Notes: generated by a model from the sequence alone, not told the origin. A stretch of 64,000 nucleotides of DNA from Octopus vulgaris (GCA_951406725.2 OX597818.1:34968001-35032000); one strand, 5' to 3'. Counted from the first letter of the stretch, positions 24,491 through 37,896 are shown. A program made the numbers and translations.

Positions 24491-25312
24491 ACAACCAAAG
24501 TTGGCAAGAAACAATCCCCCTTCTCCTCCTCCTCCTCCTCCTCCTCCTCCTCCTCATCATCATCATCATCATCACCACCACCACCACCAGCACTGCCACT
24601 GTCATCATCATCATCATCATCATTTAATATGCATGTGCCACGCTACATGGCTCAACAAGATTCAATGGGTCCAAGGCCTGCATTGTGCTCCAGTGTCTGT
24701 TTTGGTATGGTTTCTATGGCTCGATGCCCTTCCTAACATTAATCCCTTAACGGCATGTACTGGGTCCTTTTTCCCTACCACCAGCATTAGTGAGATCACT
24801 ATGCCACTTGTAAGACTATTAACTCTGAAGGAAAAGATTTGTACAAGGAGGTTAAGGGTTAAAGTATGAGAGGTGGAGCTAGAGCAGAACAGATTTCCTG
24901 CTGTGAAAGAGCTACAAGACTACTCACATTTTAGAAGAAGAGAAGGCTGGTGTTGTTGGCAGAGCTGGAAAGAGATAAAACCAGCAGTGATGAAGCACCT
25001 TGGTGGAGCCTCCTCTATACCAACATACCTGATCATTTTCAGATAACATGCAATCTACACAAACTTTGCCTGTCTGAGATACCATTGTCACTTCTATTTC
25101 TAGTCCATCACTTCCCTCTAGGCTACCCTCTTTATTGTTGCTCTATGTACAGAACATAATATATTCACCTTTCCCGTCTTGATTTCAGCAACAGAGACTT
25201 GCAATGACTTTGTCTCAAAGTTTCCCTCCTACATTTCCTAATAATGGTCTCGCTACTCTTCTTTTAAATTCAACCAACCATTAACATTTTAATGACTATC
25301 TCTCATCCTGTA

Positions 25313-26057
25313 CAGTGATCCCTCGCTACTTCGTGGTTCAACTATCGCAGATTTTAAAAATATATATATATGAACGCCTAAAATTTTTCATTAAATCCAT
25401 TAAAATATTAATCATCATCATCATCATCGTTTAACGCCCGTTTTCCATGCTAGCATGGGTTGGACGGTTCAACTGGGGTCTGGGAAGCCAGAAGGCTGCA
25501 CCATGCCCAGTCTGATCTGGCAGTGTTTCTACAGCTGGATGCCCTTCCTAATGCCAACCACTCCGTGAGTGTAGTGGGTGCTTTTTATGTGCCACCTGCA
25601 CAGGTGCCAGACGAGGCTGGCAATGGCCACAATTGGATGGTGCTTTTTACGTGCCACCACCACGGACGTGCCACCAAATAAATATTATTTCCTAGTCTAG
25701 GAACAACAAAACAAGAATAAAATAACAAAGATGTATATACAGGGGTATTTGAACTTAAGATGGCCTGTGATTGGTGCAATGGCGAGAGATGTCGAATCAC
25801 AGCTTTCTGTTTTGTAATCTGGCCTGTATAACAGTAACAATCTTTATTTTTTTAAATCTAAAGTGTTATTGCTTAACATTTGTCCTCGTTATTAATAGAC
25901 TACTGTAATGGGTGGGTTGTTAACAGTACAAGGAGGGTTTTAAAAGTCCAAATACACGTTAAATAAACACTGTAAATATGGTGTTCCTACTTCGCGGAAA
26001 TTCAGTTATCGCGACCGGTCCTGGAATCAATCTACCGCGATAAATGAGGGATCACTG
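25313..26057. mobile_element. pogo/Tigger-type MITE containing an RTE 3' end (about 25411-25677)
   Basis: TA|CAGTGATCCCTC ... GAGGGATCACTG TIRs. Confidence 0.8.
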
Positions 26058-26275
26058 TGCTGGAAATAATTCTCTGATTTCAATGTTCTCTTTAAAATTA
26101 TCAACATTACTGACTTAATGCACATAACTTTTTTCTGAGCTATTGCACACTTCTCACACAAGTGCAGAGGTTGAATGCTTAGTCATTTTGAACTGTCTGT
26201 ACAATTTAAATTATTTCCACTGATAAAGCTACTAGATATGCTGCTCACTTTACCTCCAGTTCTATACTTCGATAC

Positions 26276-26681
26276 TTACTCTCTTTACTCTTTTACTTGT
26301 TTCAGTCATGTGACTGTGGCCATGATGGAGCACCACCTTTAGTCGAGCAAATCGACCCAAGGAGATATTCTTTGTAAGCCTAGTACTTATTCTATCGGTC
26401 TCTTTTGCTGAACCGCTAAGTTACGGAGATGTAAACACATCAGCATCGGTTGACAAGTGATGTTGGTGGGGACAAACACAGACACACAATCATATACACA
26501 CACATACATATATATACATATATACGACAGACTTTTTTCAGTTTCCGTCTACCAAATCCACTCACAAGGCTTTGGTTGGCCCGAGGCTATAGTAGAAGAC
26601 ACTTGCCCATGGTGCCATGCAGTGGAACTGAACTCTGGAACCATGTAGTTTGTAAGCAAGCTGCTTACTACCCAGCCACTC
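26276..26681 (-). mobile_element. SINE family A
   Basis: Consensus match. Confidence 0.85.
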
Positions 26682-26929
26682 AGGAAAAAAAAAACTCTTC
26701 CAAAACTTGTCTTTTTTATTACATGTGTTTCACTATTGTGTACACAGTTTCCAAGTATAAGAATGTCTCCAATGATAAGCCAAATTTTCTTGGCAGTGTT
26801 TTTTGTGGCTCTTTACATACTGGGTTTTGTAATTGGTATACATCTTTATTATCATAAATGCCAGAGAGATAAGGTGGTGAGCAGACAGAATTGTTACTGC
26901 ACCAGACAATATGCTAAGTGGCATTTCTT

Positions 26930-27450
26930 CTGGTTTTATGTTCTGAGTTCAAATTCGACCAAGGTTGACTTAGCTTTTCATCATTTTGAGATCGATAAAA
27001 CAAGTATTAGTTGAGCACTGGGGTTGGTGTAATTGACAAGCCCCCATCCTTCACCCAAAATTAAGCCTTCTGCCCCTAACAGAGAGTTAATATGTTGAGT
27101 TGGCACAGGACAAAACACGTGTTTTTTGGCAGTGTTTTTTCCGAAGGTCAACTTTGCTTTTTATTCTTTCAGAATCAATAAAATAAGTACCAGTTGAGCA
27201 CTGGGGTTGATGTAATTAACAAGCCTCCATCCTTCACCCAAAATTAAGCTTTTTGCCCTTAACAGAGAGTTAAGGTGTTGAGTTGGCACAGAACAAAATG
27301 TGCTTTTTGGCAATGTTTTTTCCGAAGGTCAACTTTGCTTTTTATTCTTTCAGAATCAATAAAATAAGTACCAGTTGAGCACTGGGATCGATATAATCCC
27401 CTAACCCCTCCAAAAAAATTACTGGCGTTGTGCTAAAATTTGAAACCATT
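26930..27450 (+). repeat. Tandemly duplicated degenerate family C SINE segments (~180-bp period)
   Basis: AAGGTCAACTTTGCTTTTTATTCTTTCAGAATCAATAAAATAAGTACCAGTTGAGCACTGGG repeated at about 27144 and 27325, third copy near 26961. Confidence 0.75.
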
Positions 27451-27681
27451 CATTCTAAAGAGACAAAAAACAAAATTAAAATCCTCTATTTGTATGAAGA
27501 GGTAAAATATCAAATACTGTAAGGCTTTTAATCTGTTTTGCTACTATTTTCATTACTCTAGATTAATAGGGATTTAGTATGAAGTCATAAGGCCACAGAT
27601 TAGGAGTGAAAAGGAAGTAATATCCGCTATATAACTGGTGGTTATTGCTCTTTTTGGTTTTATCTTTCATCCATATATACA

Positions 27682-27771
<90 letters not shown>

Positions 27772-28339
27772 TTCAGCTCCCTTCTCTAGTAGCATGTCAA
27801 CTCGAAACTAAGAAGTTAGAAACTAAATATAATAAAGTACCTAGCCAAATCAGTCAACTTTCTTTATCCACTCAACCACCTTCACATAGATTAATAATGA
27901 TTCTCACTTTTTCTCTCTCTCTCACATACACATGCACACACATGCATACAGAAATATACATGCACACACATATACACGTATGTGTTAATACCTTGTTATA
28001 ACTGAAAGCAAGAAAGGATGGTGGTACACATGTTAGTACCTGCAAGGAAACTAGTAGGAAAGGAATCTTCACCCTGGACACAGCCAACCAGGGATTTACA
28101 TACTAAATCTAGAAGTCATGTATAAACAAGTAGTTTATGGTCTTTCATTGGTATTAACCTTGAGAGATATACCTTGTGTGTATGTGTATTGACAACCTAG
28201 GTGAAACAAATAAGACAAGAATGTGTTGCATATGTACAATGATTGAAGAAACAAGAATCAACACCTAGGTAAGAATATGAGCATGTGTATACTGCATGAT
28301 TGTAATGTGTATATGAATGCAAATGTGAAACTAAATACG

Positions 28340-28381
<42 letters not shown>

Positions 28382-28474
28382 TGTGTGTTTGTGTGTGTTT
28401 GTGTGTGTGTGCATCTGTATATGTATATGTATGCAAACCTATCTACCTACATACCTACCTACCTGCCTACCAAC

Positions 28475-28526
<52 letters not shown>

Positions 28527-28560
28527 ATATCTATATACATGCATGCATATATATATATTT

Positions 28561-28598
<38 letters not shown>

Positions 28599-28905
28599 TA
28601 TATATATATATATGCATATACATGAATACATAGTTGTTGTATATATAATTATATATAAAAATAATTATATATATTATATAAACATAATTGTATATATAAT
28701 TATATATAAACATGCATATATCTATATCTATCTATCTATCTTTTTCCTGGTGTGTGTGTGTGTGTATATATATATATGTATGTATAAATATGCATATGTA
28801 TATATATACATATATATATGTATATATACATATGTATATGTATATGTATGTATGTATGTATATATATATATATATATATACATATATAAAATATATGCAG
28901 ATATA

Positions 28906-29076
28906 GGCGCAGGAGTGGCTGTGTGGTAAGTAGCTTGCTAACCAACCACATGGTTCTGGGTTCAGTCCCACTGTGTGGCATCTTGGGCAAGTGTCTTCTG
29001 CTATAGCCCCGGGCCGACCAATGCCTTGTGAGTGGATTTGGTAGACAGAAACTGAAAGAAGCCTGTCGTATATATG

Positions 29077-29107
<31 letters not shown>

Positions 29108-29304
29108 TTGTCCTCCTAGCATTGCTTGACAACCGATGCTGGTGTGTTTACGTCCCCGTCACTTAGCGGTTCGGCAAAAGAGACCGATAGAATAAGTACT
29201 GGGCTTACAAATAATAAGTCCCGGGGTCGATTTGCTCGACTAAAGGCGGTGCTCCAGCATGGCTGCAGTCAAAATGACTGAAACAAGTAAAAGAGAAAAG
29301 AGAA
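28906..29304 (+). mobile_element. SINE family A, full length
   Basis: Consensus match. Confidence 0.9.
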
Positions 29305-29347
<43 letters not shown>

Positions 29348-29371
29348 CATACATACATACATACATACATA

Positions 29372-29607
29372 CAAGGTCTGATCAATAAGTATCAGGGCTG
29401 TTGCCATAGTAACAAAGCTAAAGCACGCAGAGTGAAGCTGGTTGGCAAAGATTGACCTTGAACTCTGCTGTGCATGCACACTAAGTTTTAACATTCTAGC
29501 TCACGTCTGCTGTTTACAACAGTACTTGGAAGGAAGATGTGTAGTGTGTGATCGTCACATTGACCATGTCAAAGAAAGTTGGCACGGCGATACCTGCTTA
29601 GAGGCCC
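29372..29607 (+). mobile_element. Mariner 5' end fragment
   Basis: TA|CAAGGTCTGATCAATAAGTATC TIR-like start; short GDTCLEA remnant of a transposase N-terminus. Confidence 0.6.
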
Positions 29608-29634
29608 ATCAAACCACACACACACATATATATA

Positions 29635-29669
<35 letters not shown>

Positions 29670-29670
<1 letters not shown>

Positions 29671-30236
29671 CTCTTTACTCTTTACTCTTTTACTTGTTTC
29701 AGTCATTTTGACTGCGGCCATGCTGGAGCACCGCCTTAAATCGAGCAACTTGACCCCAGGACTTATTCTTTGTAAGCCCAGTACTTATTCTATTGGTCTC
29801 TTTTGCCGAACCGCTAAGTGACGGGGACATAAACACACCAGCATCGGTTGTCAAGCAATGCTAGGGGGACAAACAGACACTATAAATTAATATGTTCAAT
29901 AAAAATAATTATTTTCGAAATTTTTTCTCTTATGAGGTTCTTACGCTATCTACCTGACAATTTCTTGTTAAGTTTTCCTTATTAAGTAGTTGTCCATTGC
30001 TATATATATATATATATATATATACTTTACTCTTTACTCTTTTACTTGTTTCAGTCATTTTGACTGCGCATGCTGGAGCACCGCCTTAAATCGAGCAACT
30101 TGACCCCAGGACTTATTCTTTGTAAGCCCAGTACTTATTCTATTGGTCTCTTTTGCCGAACCGCTATGACGGGGACATAAACACACCAGCATCGGTTGTC
30201 AAGCAATGCTAGGGGGACAAACAGACACACAAACAT

Positions 30237-30271
<35 letters not shown>

Positions 30272-30433
30272 CATATATACGATGGGCTTCTTTCAGTTTC
30301 TGTCTACCAAATCCACTCACAAGGCTTTGGTCGGCCCGAGGCTATAGTACAAGACACTTGCCCAAGGTGCCACACAGTGGGACTGAACCCGGAACCATGT
30401 GGTTGGTAAGCAAGCTACTTACCACACAGCCAC
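29670..30433 (-). mobile_element. SINE family A: duplicated 3' half (29670-29880) plus full copy (30024-30433)
   Basis: The two 3' halves share private variants (CCGCCTTAAATCGAGCAACTTGACCCC). Confidence 0.85.
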
Positions 30434-30442
30434 ATATATATA

Positions 30443-30632
30443 ATTTAAAGAAGATAGAAAATGGAGAAATATCAATGAACATCAATTGACTTACATCAAA
30501 TATTATTTATTAATTCATGTAAATAGACTACATAGATGGGATGCAGGTTCTTTGTATTGAATTAATAAATAATAATTAATGTAAGCAAATTGTTGTTTAT
30601 TGATATTTCTCCATTTCCTCTCTTCTTTAAAT
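30443..30632. repeat. Imperfect fold-back element
   Basis: ATTTAAAGAAGATAGAAAATGGAGAAATATCAAT pairs with ATTGATATTTCTCCATTTCCTCTCTTCTTTAAAT. Confidence 0.8.
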
Positions 30633-30827
30633 GTTGATTCTTGATAAACTCATGTTTATCCTTATCTTTACCTATAATTTATGAGCATAATATGCTTGGA
30701 TATGTGTGCCCATGGTTAAACATAGGTAATATACCAATAGTGTAATGGAAACTTCTATCCCTTCACGTGTGTATCATTGGCAATTTTTTTCTCCGTCTTC
30801 CCTTCCTTGGACCTTTCCTTTTTCTAT

Positions 30828-30862
30828 GTTTCTGATGAAGAGCTCCACTTGAAACGTTGAAT
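30828..30862 (+). ncRNA. Minimal hammerhead-ribozyme-like motif in a Penelope-like terminal-repeat remnant (about 30780-30958)
   Basis: GTTT-CTGATGA-A-GAGC-TCC-ACTT-GAAA-CG-TT-GAAT; intact core, decayed stems; sister copies 51688 and 53730. Confidence 0.6.
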
Positions 30863-30972
30863 CCTCCTTCTTTCTTTCCTTTCCTGAGTGTCCAATAACA
30901 CTATACTTGTTCCACGTCCTCATGTTGTGTTTTCTCCTTGTTCATATTTGGGGTAACTATATATATACATAT

Positions 30973-31045
<73 letters not shown>

Positions 31046-31052
31046 TATATAA

Positions 31053-31259
31053 ATGAGTGGGTACTGAAGAGTTCTTGGCTTTAAGGATATTGCAAAAAGA
31101 CTGATTGGCAGCCCAACTTTCTGGGTTCTTTTACAAGGCTCAGAAAAAATGGACAACTGCTGCAATAGGAATCTGAGATGGGAATATATTGAATAGAATT
31201 TTAATTAATTAATGTAATTTCTTTTACTCAAAGCCAGGAACTTTTCAGCCAACCCTCAT
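31053..31259. mobile_element. Mariner-derived MITE
   Basis: ATGAGTGGGTACTGAAGAGTTCTTGGCTTT pairs with AAAGCCAGGAACTTTTCAGCCAACCCTCAT. Confidence 0.75.
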
Positions 31260-31739
31260 GTATATGTATATATACATGCATATATATATGAGAAGTGCAG
31301 CCAGGGGGTTAGGATATTAACACTCAATAACAAGACCACGGTTTCAATTCGTGGACTGGAGGGTACATTGTGTTCCTGAGCAAAATACTTTATTTCACAT
31401 TGCCCCCACCCGCTGCCACCTCTGTCCATTCGGCTGTAAAGGACTAACCCTATGTTGGACTGGTATCCTGTTCAGGGGATAAAATGTAATTTATATGCCA
31501 TGGAAACCATGATTCCTATGACAGTACTAACTTAAGCATGTATCTGTGTGAGTGTGTGTGTGTGTGTGTGCATGCACATGCATGCGTGTGTGTATGTGTG
31601 TGAGTGCATGTGTCAGTGTATGCACATGAGTGTATGGATATGCATGTGTACAAGTTACACACATACAATTCTGCGAATTGATAAGATATGCTTATATAAA
31701 CACACTCACACTAAAACCTCTCATCACCTGACACATAGT

Positions 31740-32028
31740 AACCTCCCTTAATACTACTCCTACCTCAGTTGAGGGGTTCTGTCTTACAAGTCACTTGGTG
31801 ACTTTGCCTGGGCTGGCGCCATGTAAAAAAGCACCCGATGCACTCTGTAAAGCAGTTGGCATTAGGAATAACATTCAGCCTTAGAAACCATGCAAAAGCT
31901 GACAATAAAACTTGGCACAGTCCTTCCTCTGGCTCGTCACCTCCTGTCAAAATGTCCCACCCATGCCAGCAAGGAAATCAGATGTTAAAGGATGAAGATG
32001 CTGAAGATGATGATGATGATGGTGATGA
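31740..32028 (+). mobile_element. RTE 3' UTR variant with GAT tail
   Basis: Similar to 7630-7922. Confidence 0.7.
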
Positions 32029-32521
32029 TATTTTATTTAATGTGATCATCAGTTTGTTTTTTTAAAATTGCTGAATTTAATAGAACAGAAATTTGTTTGC
32101 TACCTCTAGCAAGTGGTGGCCACATGAAGGCTCCATCCATTGGCTTGCTATGCCGTGTTTACAATATATATTAAAAGCTCAACCATAAACCTATTCCAAA
32201 CTTACTTTTTGAACAATGTCAACAAGAACTGTGATACATAAACAATAGTCTTAATGAGATAGAGTAGAAATGCAAAACTAAAGAAACAACAACAGTACAA
32301 TTAGCAGCAGCAGTAATTATGGATCATTGCTGTTTTGTTTTTTAACCTTGTTACTTCAAATAGTAAGGAGCAGATAGGTGAATGTCATTTTTACATTTCA
32401 TTTGCCAGTTTTTTCATAGTGCGGGTTCTGATGTGTCATGCAAGACTTCTATATACATTCACTTCACATATATATATATATATATACATGTATAAAAATA
32501 TGAATAAAATATATATATAGT

Positions 32522-32911
32522 AGGCACAGGAGTGGCTGTGTGGTAAGTAGCTTGCTTACCAACCACATGGTTCCGGGTTCAGTTCCCACTGCGTGGCACC
32601 TTGGGCAAGTGTCTTCTACTATAGCCTCGGGCCAACCAAAGCCATGTGAGTGGATTTGGTAGATGGAAACTGAAAGAAGCCCATTGTATATATGTATATA
32701 TATATGTGTATATGTGTGTATATTTGTATGTCTGTGTTTGTCCTCCCCAACATCGCTTGACAACCGATGGTGGTGTGTTTATGTCTCTGTAACTTAGCGG
32801 TTCAGCAAAAGAGACCAATAGAATAAGTACTAGGCTTACAAAAAACAAGTCCTGGTGTCAATTTGCTCAACTAAAGGCGGTGCTCCAGCATGGCCACAGT
32901 CAAATGACTGA

Positions 32912-32915
<4 letters not shown>
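32522..32915 (+). mobile_element. SINE family A
   Basis: Consensus match. Confidence 0.88.
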
Positions 32916-32956
<41 letters not shown>

Positions 32957-33340
32957 AATATATATGCATATATGTATACTTACATTTATACATATATATA
33001 TATATATGCATATGTGGGCACAGGATGTCATATATATATATATATGTATATGTGTGTATATATATATATACATATCAATATCATCATCATTGTCGTTTAA
33101 CGTCCACTTTCCATGCTGGCATGGGTTGGACGGTTTCACTGATGGCTGATGAAGACACAAACACACAAGGATAGAATCCAAATCATGCTAGAAGGTGCAG
33201 TGCTAAATTAAAATCTTTGTGTACATGACATATTGAATGTATGTACATTATTGAGAAGTCAAAGCCTGCAATGGTTGTCTTGGAAAAGGTCCTTTTATAG
33301 CTGTAGTGGATTAAAGACTCAATATACTTCACTGCTAAAA

Positions 33341-33960
33341 GGCAGCAAGCTGGCAGAAATGTTAGAACACTGGGCGAAATATTTAACGGTATTTCATCTG
33401 TCTTTATGTTCTGAGTTCAAATTCCGCTGGGGTCAAATTTGCCTTTCTTCCTATCAGAGTTGATAAATTAAGTACCAGTTGCATACTGAAGTCAATCCAA
33501 TCGACTGGCCCCCTCCCCCCAAATTGTGCCTAGAGTAGAAAAGAATATCTCTCTTTAAAGGTGGTAAGCTGGCAGAAATGTTAGCACGCTGGGTGAAAGC
33601 TTAGCAATATTTCATCTGTCTTTATGTTCTGAGTTCAAATTCTGCCGAAGTCGACTTTGCCTTTCATCCTTTCGGGGTTGATTAAATAAGTACCAGTTAT
33701 TCACTAAGGTCGATATAATTGACCAAATCCATTTGTCTGTCCTTGTTTGTCCCCTCTGTGTCTAACTCCTTGTGGGCAATAAAGAAATAAGAAATGTTAG
33801 CACGCCGGATGAAATGCTTAGTAGTATTTCATCTGTCTTTATATTCTGAGTTCAAATTCCGCCGAGGTTAACTTTGCCTTTCATCCTTTCGGGGTCGATA
33901 AATTAAATACGACTGGCACCCTCCCCAAAAATTTTGGGCCTTGTGCCTAGAGTTGAAAAG
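33341..33960 (+). mobile_element. Family C SINE trimer inside one 17-bp TSD
   Basis: AATATACTTCACTGCTA at 33321-33337 and 33961-33977; units begin about 33341, 33559, 33790. Confidence 0.88.
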
Positions 33961-34291
33961 AATATACTTCACTGCTAGACAATATGAGATGGGCTTCCAT
34001 GCAATTTCTATCTATCAAATTCACTCACAAGGCATTGGTTAACCCAAGGCTATAGTAGAAGATACTTGCCCAGAGTACCACATGGTAGGACCGAACCTAA
34101 AACTACAGAACTGTTTCCTACCACATAACAATGCCTGCACTTATTCAAATATCTTTTATTTTTTACTTGTTTCAGTCATTAGAGATACCAATAAAAAAAA
34201 AGTAAAAAATCTTTTTACTATTATTTTATTGGTATCTCTTTTATAAAAATTTTATATATCTTCATTTTTACCTTAATATTTATATATTCTA

Positions 34292-34506
34292 AGGCGACGA
34301 GCTGTCAGAATCATTAGCATGCCGGGCGGAATGCTTAACGGCATTTCACCCATCTTCACATTCTGAGTTCAAATTCCCCTGGGGTTGACTTTGCCTTTCA
34401 TCCTTTCAGGGTCTATAAATTAAGTACCAGTGAAACACTGGGGTCGATATAATCAACTAGACTCCTCCCCCAAAATTTCAAGGCCTTGTGCCTTCAGTAG
34501 AAAAGA
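34292..34506 (+). mobile_element. SINE family C
   Basis: Consensus; AATATTTATATA flanking repeats. Confidence 0.82.
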
Positions 34507-34654
34507 ATATTTATATACTCTCTATTTCTTTAAAATTTTAATTTTCTTATTACTTTTATACCCTAATGCTTCTCTTTTTTCTTATAATTTTTAATTTCTT
34601 ATTTTTTTGAGTTCTCTTATTGCTATAATATTACAGTTCTGCTAAGTTGTAGCT

Positions 34655-34990
34655 GAGACCTCCTTCGGTCATGACTGACCATAGGATTGCACCTAGAAAG
34701 TTACCCTCCCAGGTACAAGTCCGGGCAAGGTTGTTTATGGAAGACCAGCAGTCGCCCATGCATACCAGCCTCCCCTCTCCACACTACCAATGTTACCCAA
34801 GGTAAAGGCAAAGGCTGATACAGCTTGACACCTGGGACATCGCAACTCATTTCTACAGCTGAGTGCACTGGAGCAACATGAAATAAAGTGTCTTGATCAA
34901 AAACACAACATGCAGCCTGGTCCAGGATTCAAACTCACAACCTCACGATCGTAAGCTCAACACTCTAACCACTGAGCCATGCACCTTCAC
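34655..34990 (-). mobile_element. SINE family D (tRNA head, Meta-like domain)
   Basis: Minus-strand TGGCTCAGTGGTTAGAG A-box and GAGTTTGAATCC B-box; TGTTGTGTT..GA.CAAGACACTTTATTT segment; copies at 36525-36845 and 57752-58003. Confidence 0.82.
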
Positions 34991-35905
34991 ATAAGTCATA
35001 GTAGGTTCTTTTTATTCCCATGCAATGATTCCCAGTCATAGTTTAGAGCTTTGCCCCCATAACCCTTATTCCATTATCCTTTAGTCTTCCTCTATTAATA
35101 TTAAGATAATTAGTAATGGTTGGGTCAGCTTTCTTTCTTTCTTTTTTCTCCTTATCCTCCCTTCCCTATCCCTCACATCCTTATTACAGCCCTTTGCCTT
35201 TTCTTCAACTTGTGGAGATAAAACTTGTGTATTGGTTCCATCACAAATGACTTTGATAATTTAGTAGGTTGACCTGACCACAAATCATTTTCTTACCACT
35301 GACCAGTAAACATTAAACATCTCCTTAATAGATAAACCCAAGACTAATGGAGCCGCACCCCCCTCTCTTGTTCTGATCAAATATACAGTGTTCTGATAAA
35401 TCCATTCTGTCAACTGAAATAGTAACAGAATCACAGTAAATGATTTTGCTCAGTGGATTTTAAACTATGTTAAGTCATTTTGAATGTCCTTTATTTTGAA
35501 GTTCATGAATTCACTTGACGAAAATGGTTTCTTTACAATTATGTAATGTTTACATTAATCAATTAAAGGATTCATTAGAAACAGCCTTAATGAATTGACA
35601 CCTGTACCTCTACCGTTACTCATTTATATTTTATTCACATGTCTCAGAATCTGCCCTTCATAAATATTATGGACTGTATATTTGATATAATGTACATATC
35701 TGTATAGTTCAACGGCAGATTTCTTCACCCAGTTGAGTCTAATTGTCTAAAAACACAGCAAGAATTTCATTCAGCTGGTACTTATGTACCAAGTTTGATA
35801 TTTACATAATATTGTTGTGCATGTTTATTATTCTGACCTAATGAGGTACCTCAATTTAAGTACCTAATTTAACTGAATCTTATATATATATATATCATTA
35901 TTATT

Positions 35906-36239
35906 ATTATTTCTAAGTCTCTCTAAAGGAGACTACGGCAGCGGTACTGGATATTAACAGTTATCACCAATCTAATATGGCAGTCCGTAAATATAGGATG
36001 AAAGCTGCCGTTGATAAGCTCCAAGAGGCCATTGCCTGTAGCTAGCTATGTGACACATGAACCTGTGTCCATTTAAACCTTTGAACAGGGAAGGTCAGCT
36101 GCTGTTCGAAGGTTATAATGGACACATGTTAGTGTGTCATATAGCTAGCTAGAGGCAATGGCCTCTTGGAGCTAATCAACGGCATCTTTTGTCCTATATT
36201 TATGGACTGCCATATTAGATTGGCGATAACTGTTAATAT
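35906..36239. repeat. Fold-back element (~140-bp arms) plus tail, same family as 19528-19797 in opposite orientation
   Basis: Arms span 35951-36239; tail 35906-35950 is the reverse complement of about 19744-19790. Confidence 0.88.
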
Positions 36240-36289
36240 ATATATATTAACAGTTTTTGTTCATCTTGATGCTGACATAAGTTCCTTGT

Positions 36290-36372
36290 TTTTCCAGATG
36301 AGAAGGCGGCATAATGCACCCCTTATTCCTTCGAAATTAGGAATATGCAGCCTTCGAAACATATGTCGAGAA
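36290..36372 (+). ncRNA. Hammerhead-ribozyme-like motif (one core substitution)
   Basis: TTTTC-CAGATGA-GAAGGC...GCCTTC-GAAA-CATATG-TC-GAGAA: stem I 5 bp, stem II base 6 bp, palindromic stem III, GUC site; U4 replaced by A. Confidence 0.6.
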
Positions 36373-36413
36373 TAAAGGAATTTTGTTAATTCGTCGTTCA
36401 ACTCCATTCTTTC

Positions 36414-36524
<111 letters not shown>

Positions 36525-36845
36525 AGCTCAGTGGTTAGATAGCAACCTCATAATCAAGAGGTAGTGAATTTGATTCTCAAACTGGGCTGTGTGTTGTGTT
36601 CTTGAGCAAGACACTTTATTTTACATTGCTCCAATTCACTCAGCTACAGAAACGAGTTGCAATGTTACTGGTGCCAAATTGTATTGGTTTTTGCTTTTCC
36701 TTTGGATAACATTGTTAGTATGAAGAAAGGAGGCTGTTATGCATAGACAAGTGCTGGCCTTCCATAAACAACTTTGCCTGGACTTGTGCCTTGGAGGGGA
36801 ACCTTCTAGGTGCAATCCCATGGTCATTCATGACTGAAGGGAGTC
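36525..36845 (+). mobile_element. SINE family D
   Basis: Reverse complement of 34655-34990. Confidence 0.8.
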
Positions 36846-37342
36846 TTTTTTTAATATGTATGACAGGATTCTTTCAATTACTACCAACCAAATCCACTCA
36901 CAAGGCTTTAGTCAGCCTGAGGCTGCAGTAGAAGACACTTGCCCAAGGTGCCATGCAGTGGGACTGAACTCAGAACCATGTGGTTGGGAAGCAAACGTTT
37001 TACTACACTGCCACTACTGAACCTATATTTAAATTAAGTATAGTTAAATATTTTTATGGTGGTAGAGTAAAGTCATTTATTTGCAAGCTGGACAAATATG
37101 TAGAAGTTTTCTCATTGGCTTTCTACAAAAAGTCGAAGTCATTATGAAAGCTCTGAACATTATTGTATATCTAAAGATATTAGAATTAGAAATATGAAAT
37201 TAGGAAAAATTGTGAAATATCAAATTTGAAGCCAGCATGAAATTGCAAATAACTGTGTGGCAGTCTAAGAAGGATAGAGAATCATACTGACAGAGATATG
37301 CACTAAAAAAGTTGTCTGGAAGATAAGACAAATGGATAACTA

Positions 37343-37403
<61 letters not shown>

Positions 37404-37404
<1 letters not shown>

Positions 37405-37843
37405 GAGGAAAACACCCCCCACCGTCCAATGGACAGTGCTGAGTTGTCAAACATTTAAACCAAATTTTCTCAAAACAACTTGTCCAACCGTCCCATAGAC
37501 ACCCCCCTTTGAGAAACACTGATTTAAACTAAATTTGAGACACCAGCAAAAGAAGAAATAAAGATAGACTTTTTCTATTCCAAAGAAAAACGATTTTATT
37601 CACACAAATATGCAACCAAAGAGTTTAAAGTACCAGTAAGTACATCACAACAGCTTATGTACTTGTGTGTACAAATGCACGTTCCCATGGCTTTATCGAT
37701 CGCATTCTCACCTGGAATCGAGTTTTGTAATTTTTTCAAGACTTATACATGCCCTGATACCGTCGGTATCTGCATATCAAATTTAAGCGCAATCGGATGG
37801 AGGATGCCTGAGATCCTAGAAGGCACACAGACAGAATGGATTT

Positions 37844-37852
<9 letters not shown>
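37404..37852. mobile_element. Non-autonomous Helitron/Helentron-like element in (TA)n
   Basis: Shares both ends with 45888-46295; CAAATTT..GC.AATCGG...ACAGACAGA...TTTTATATA end typical of DINE-1-like elements. Confidence 0.6.

Positions 37853-37896
<44 letters not shown>

Noticed and set aside
28277-29122. Long YI/CV-rich ORFs here and throughout the window
   Set aside because: (TA)n, (CA)n and (GATA)n tracts lack stops in some frames
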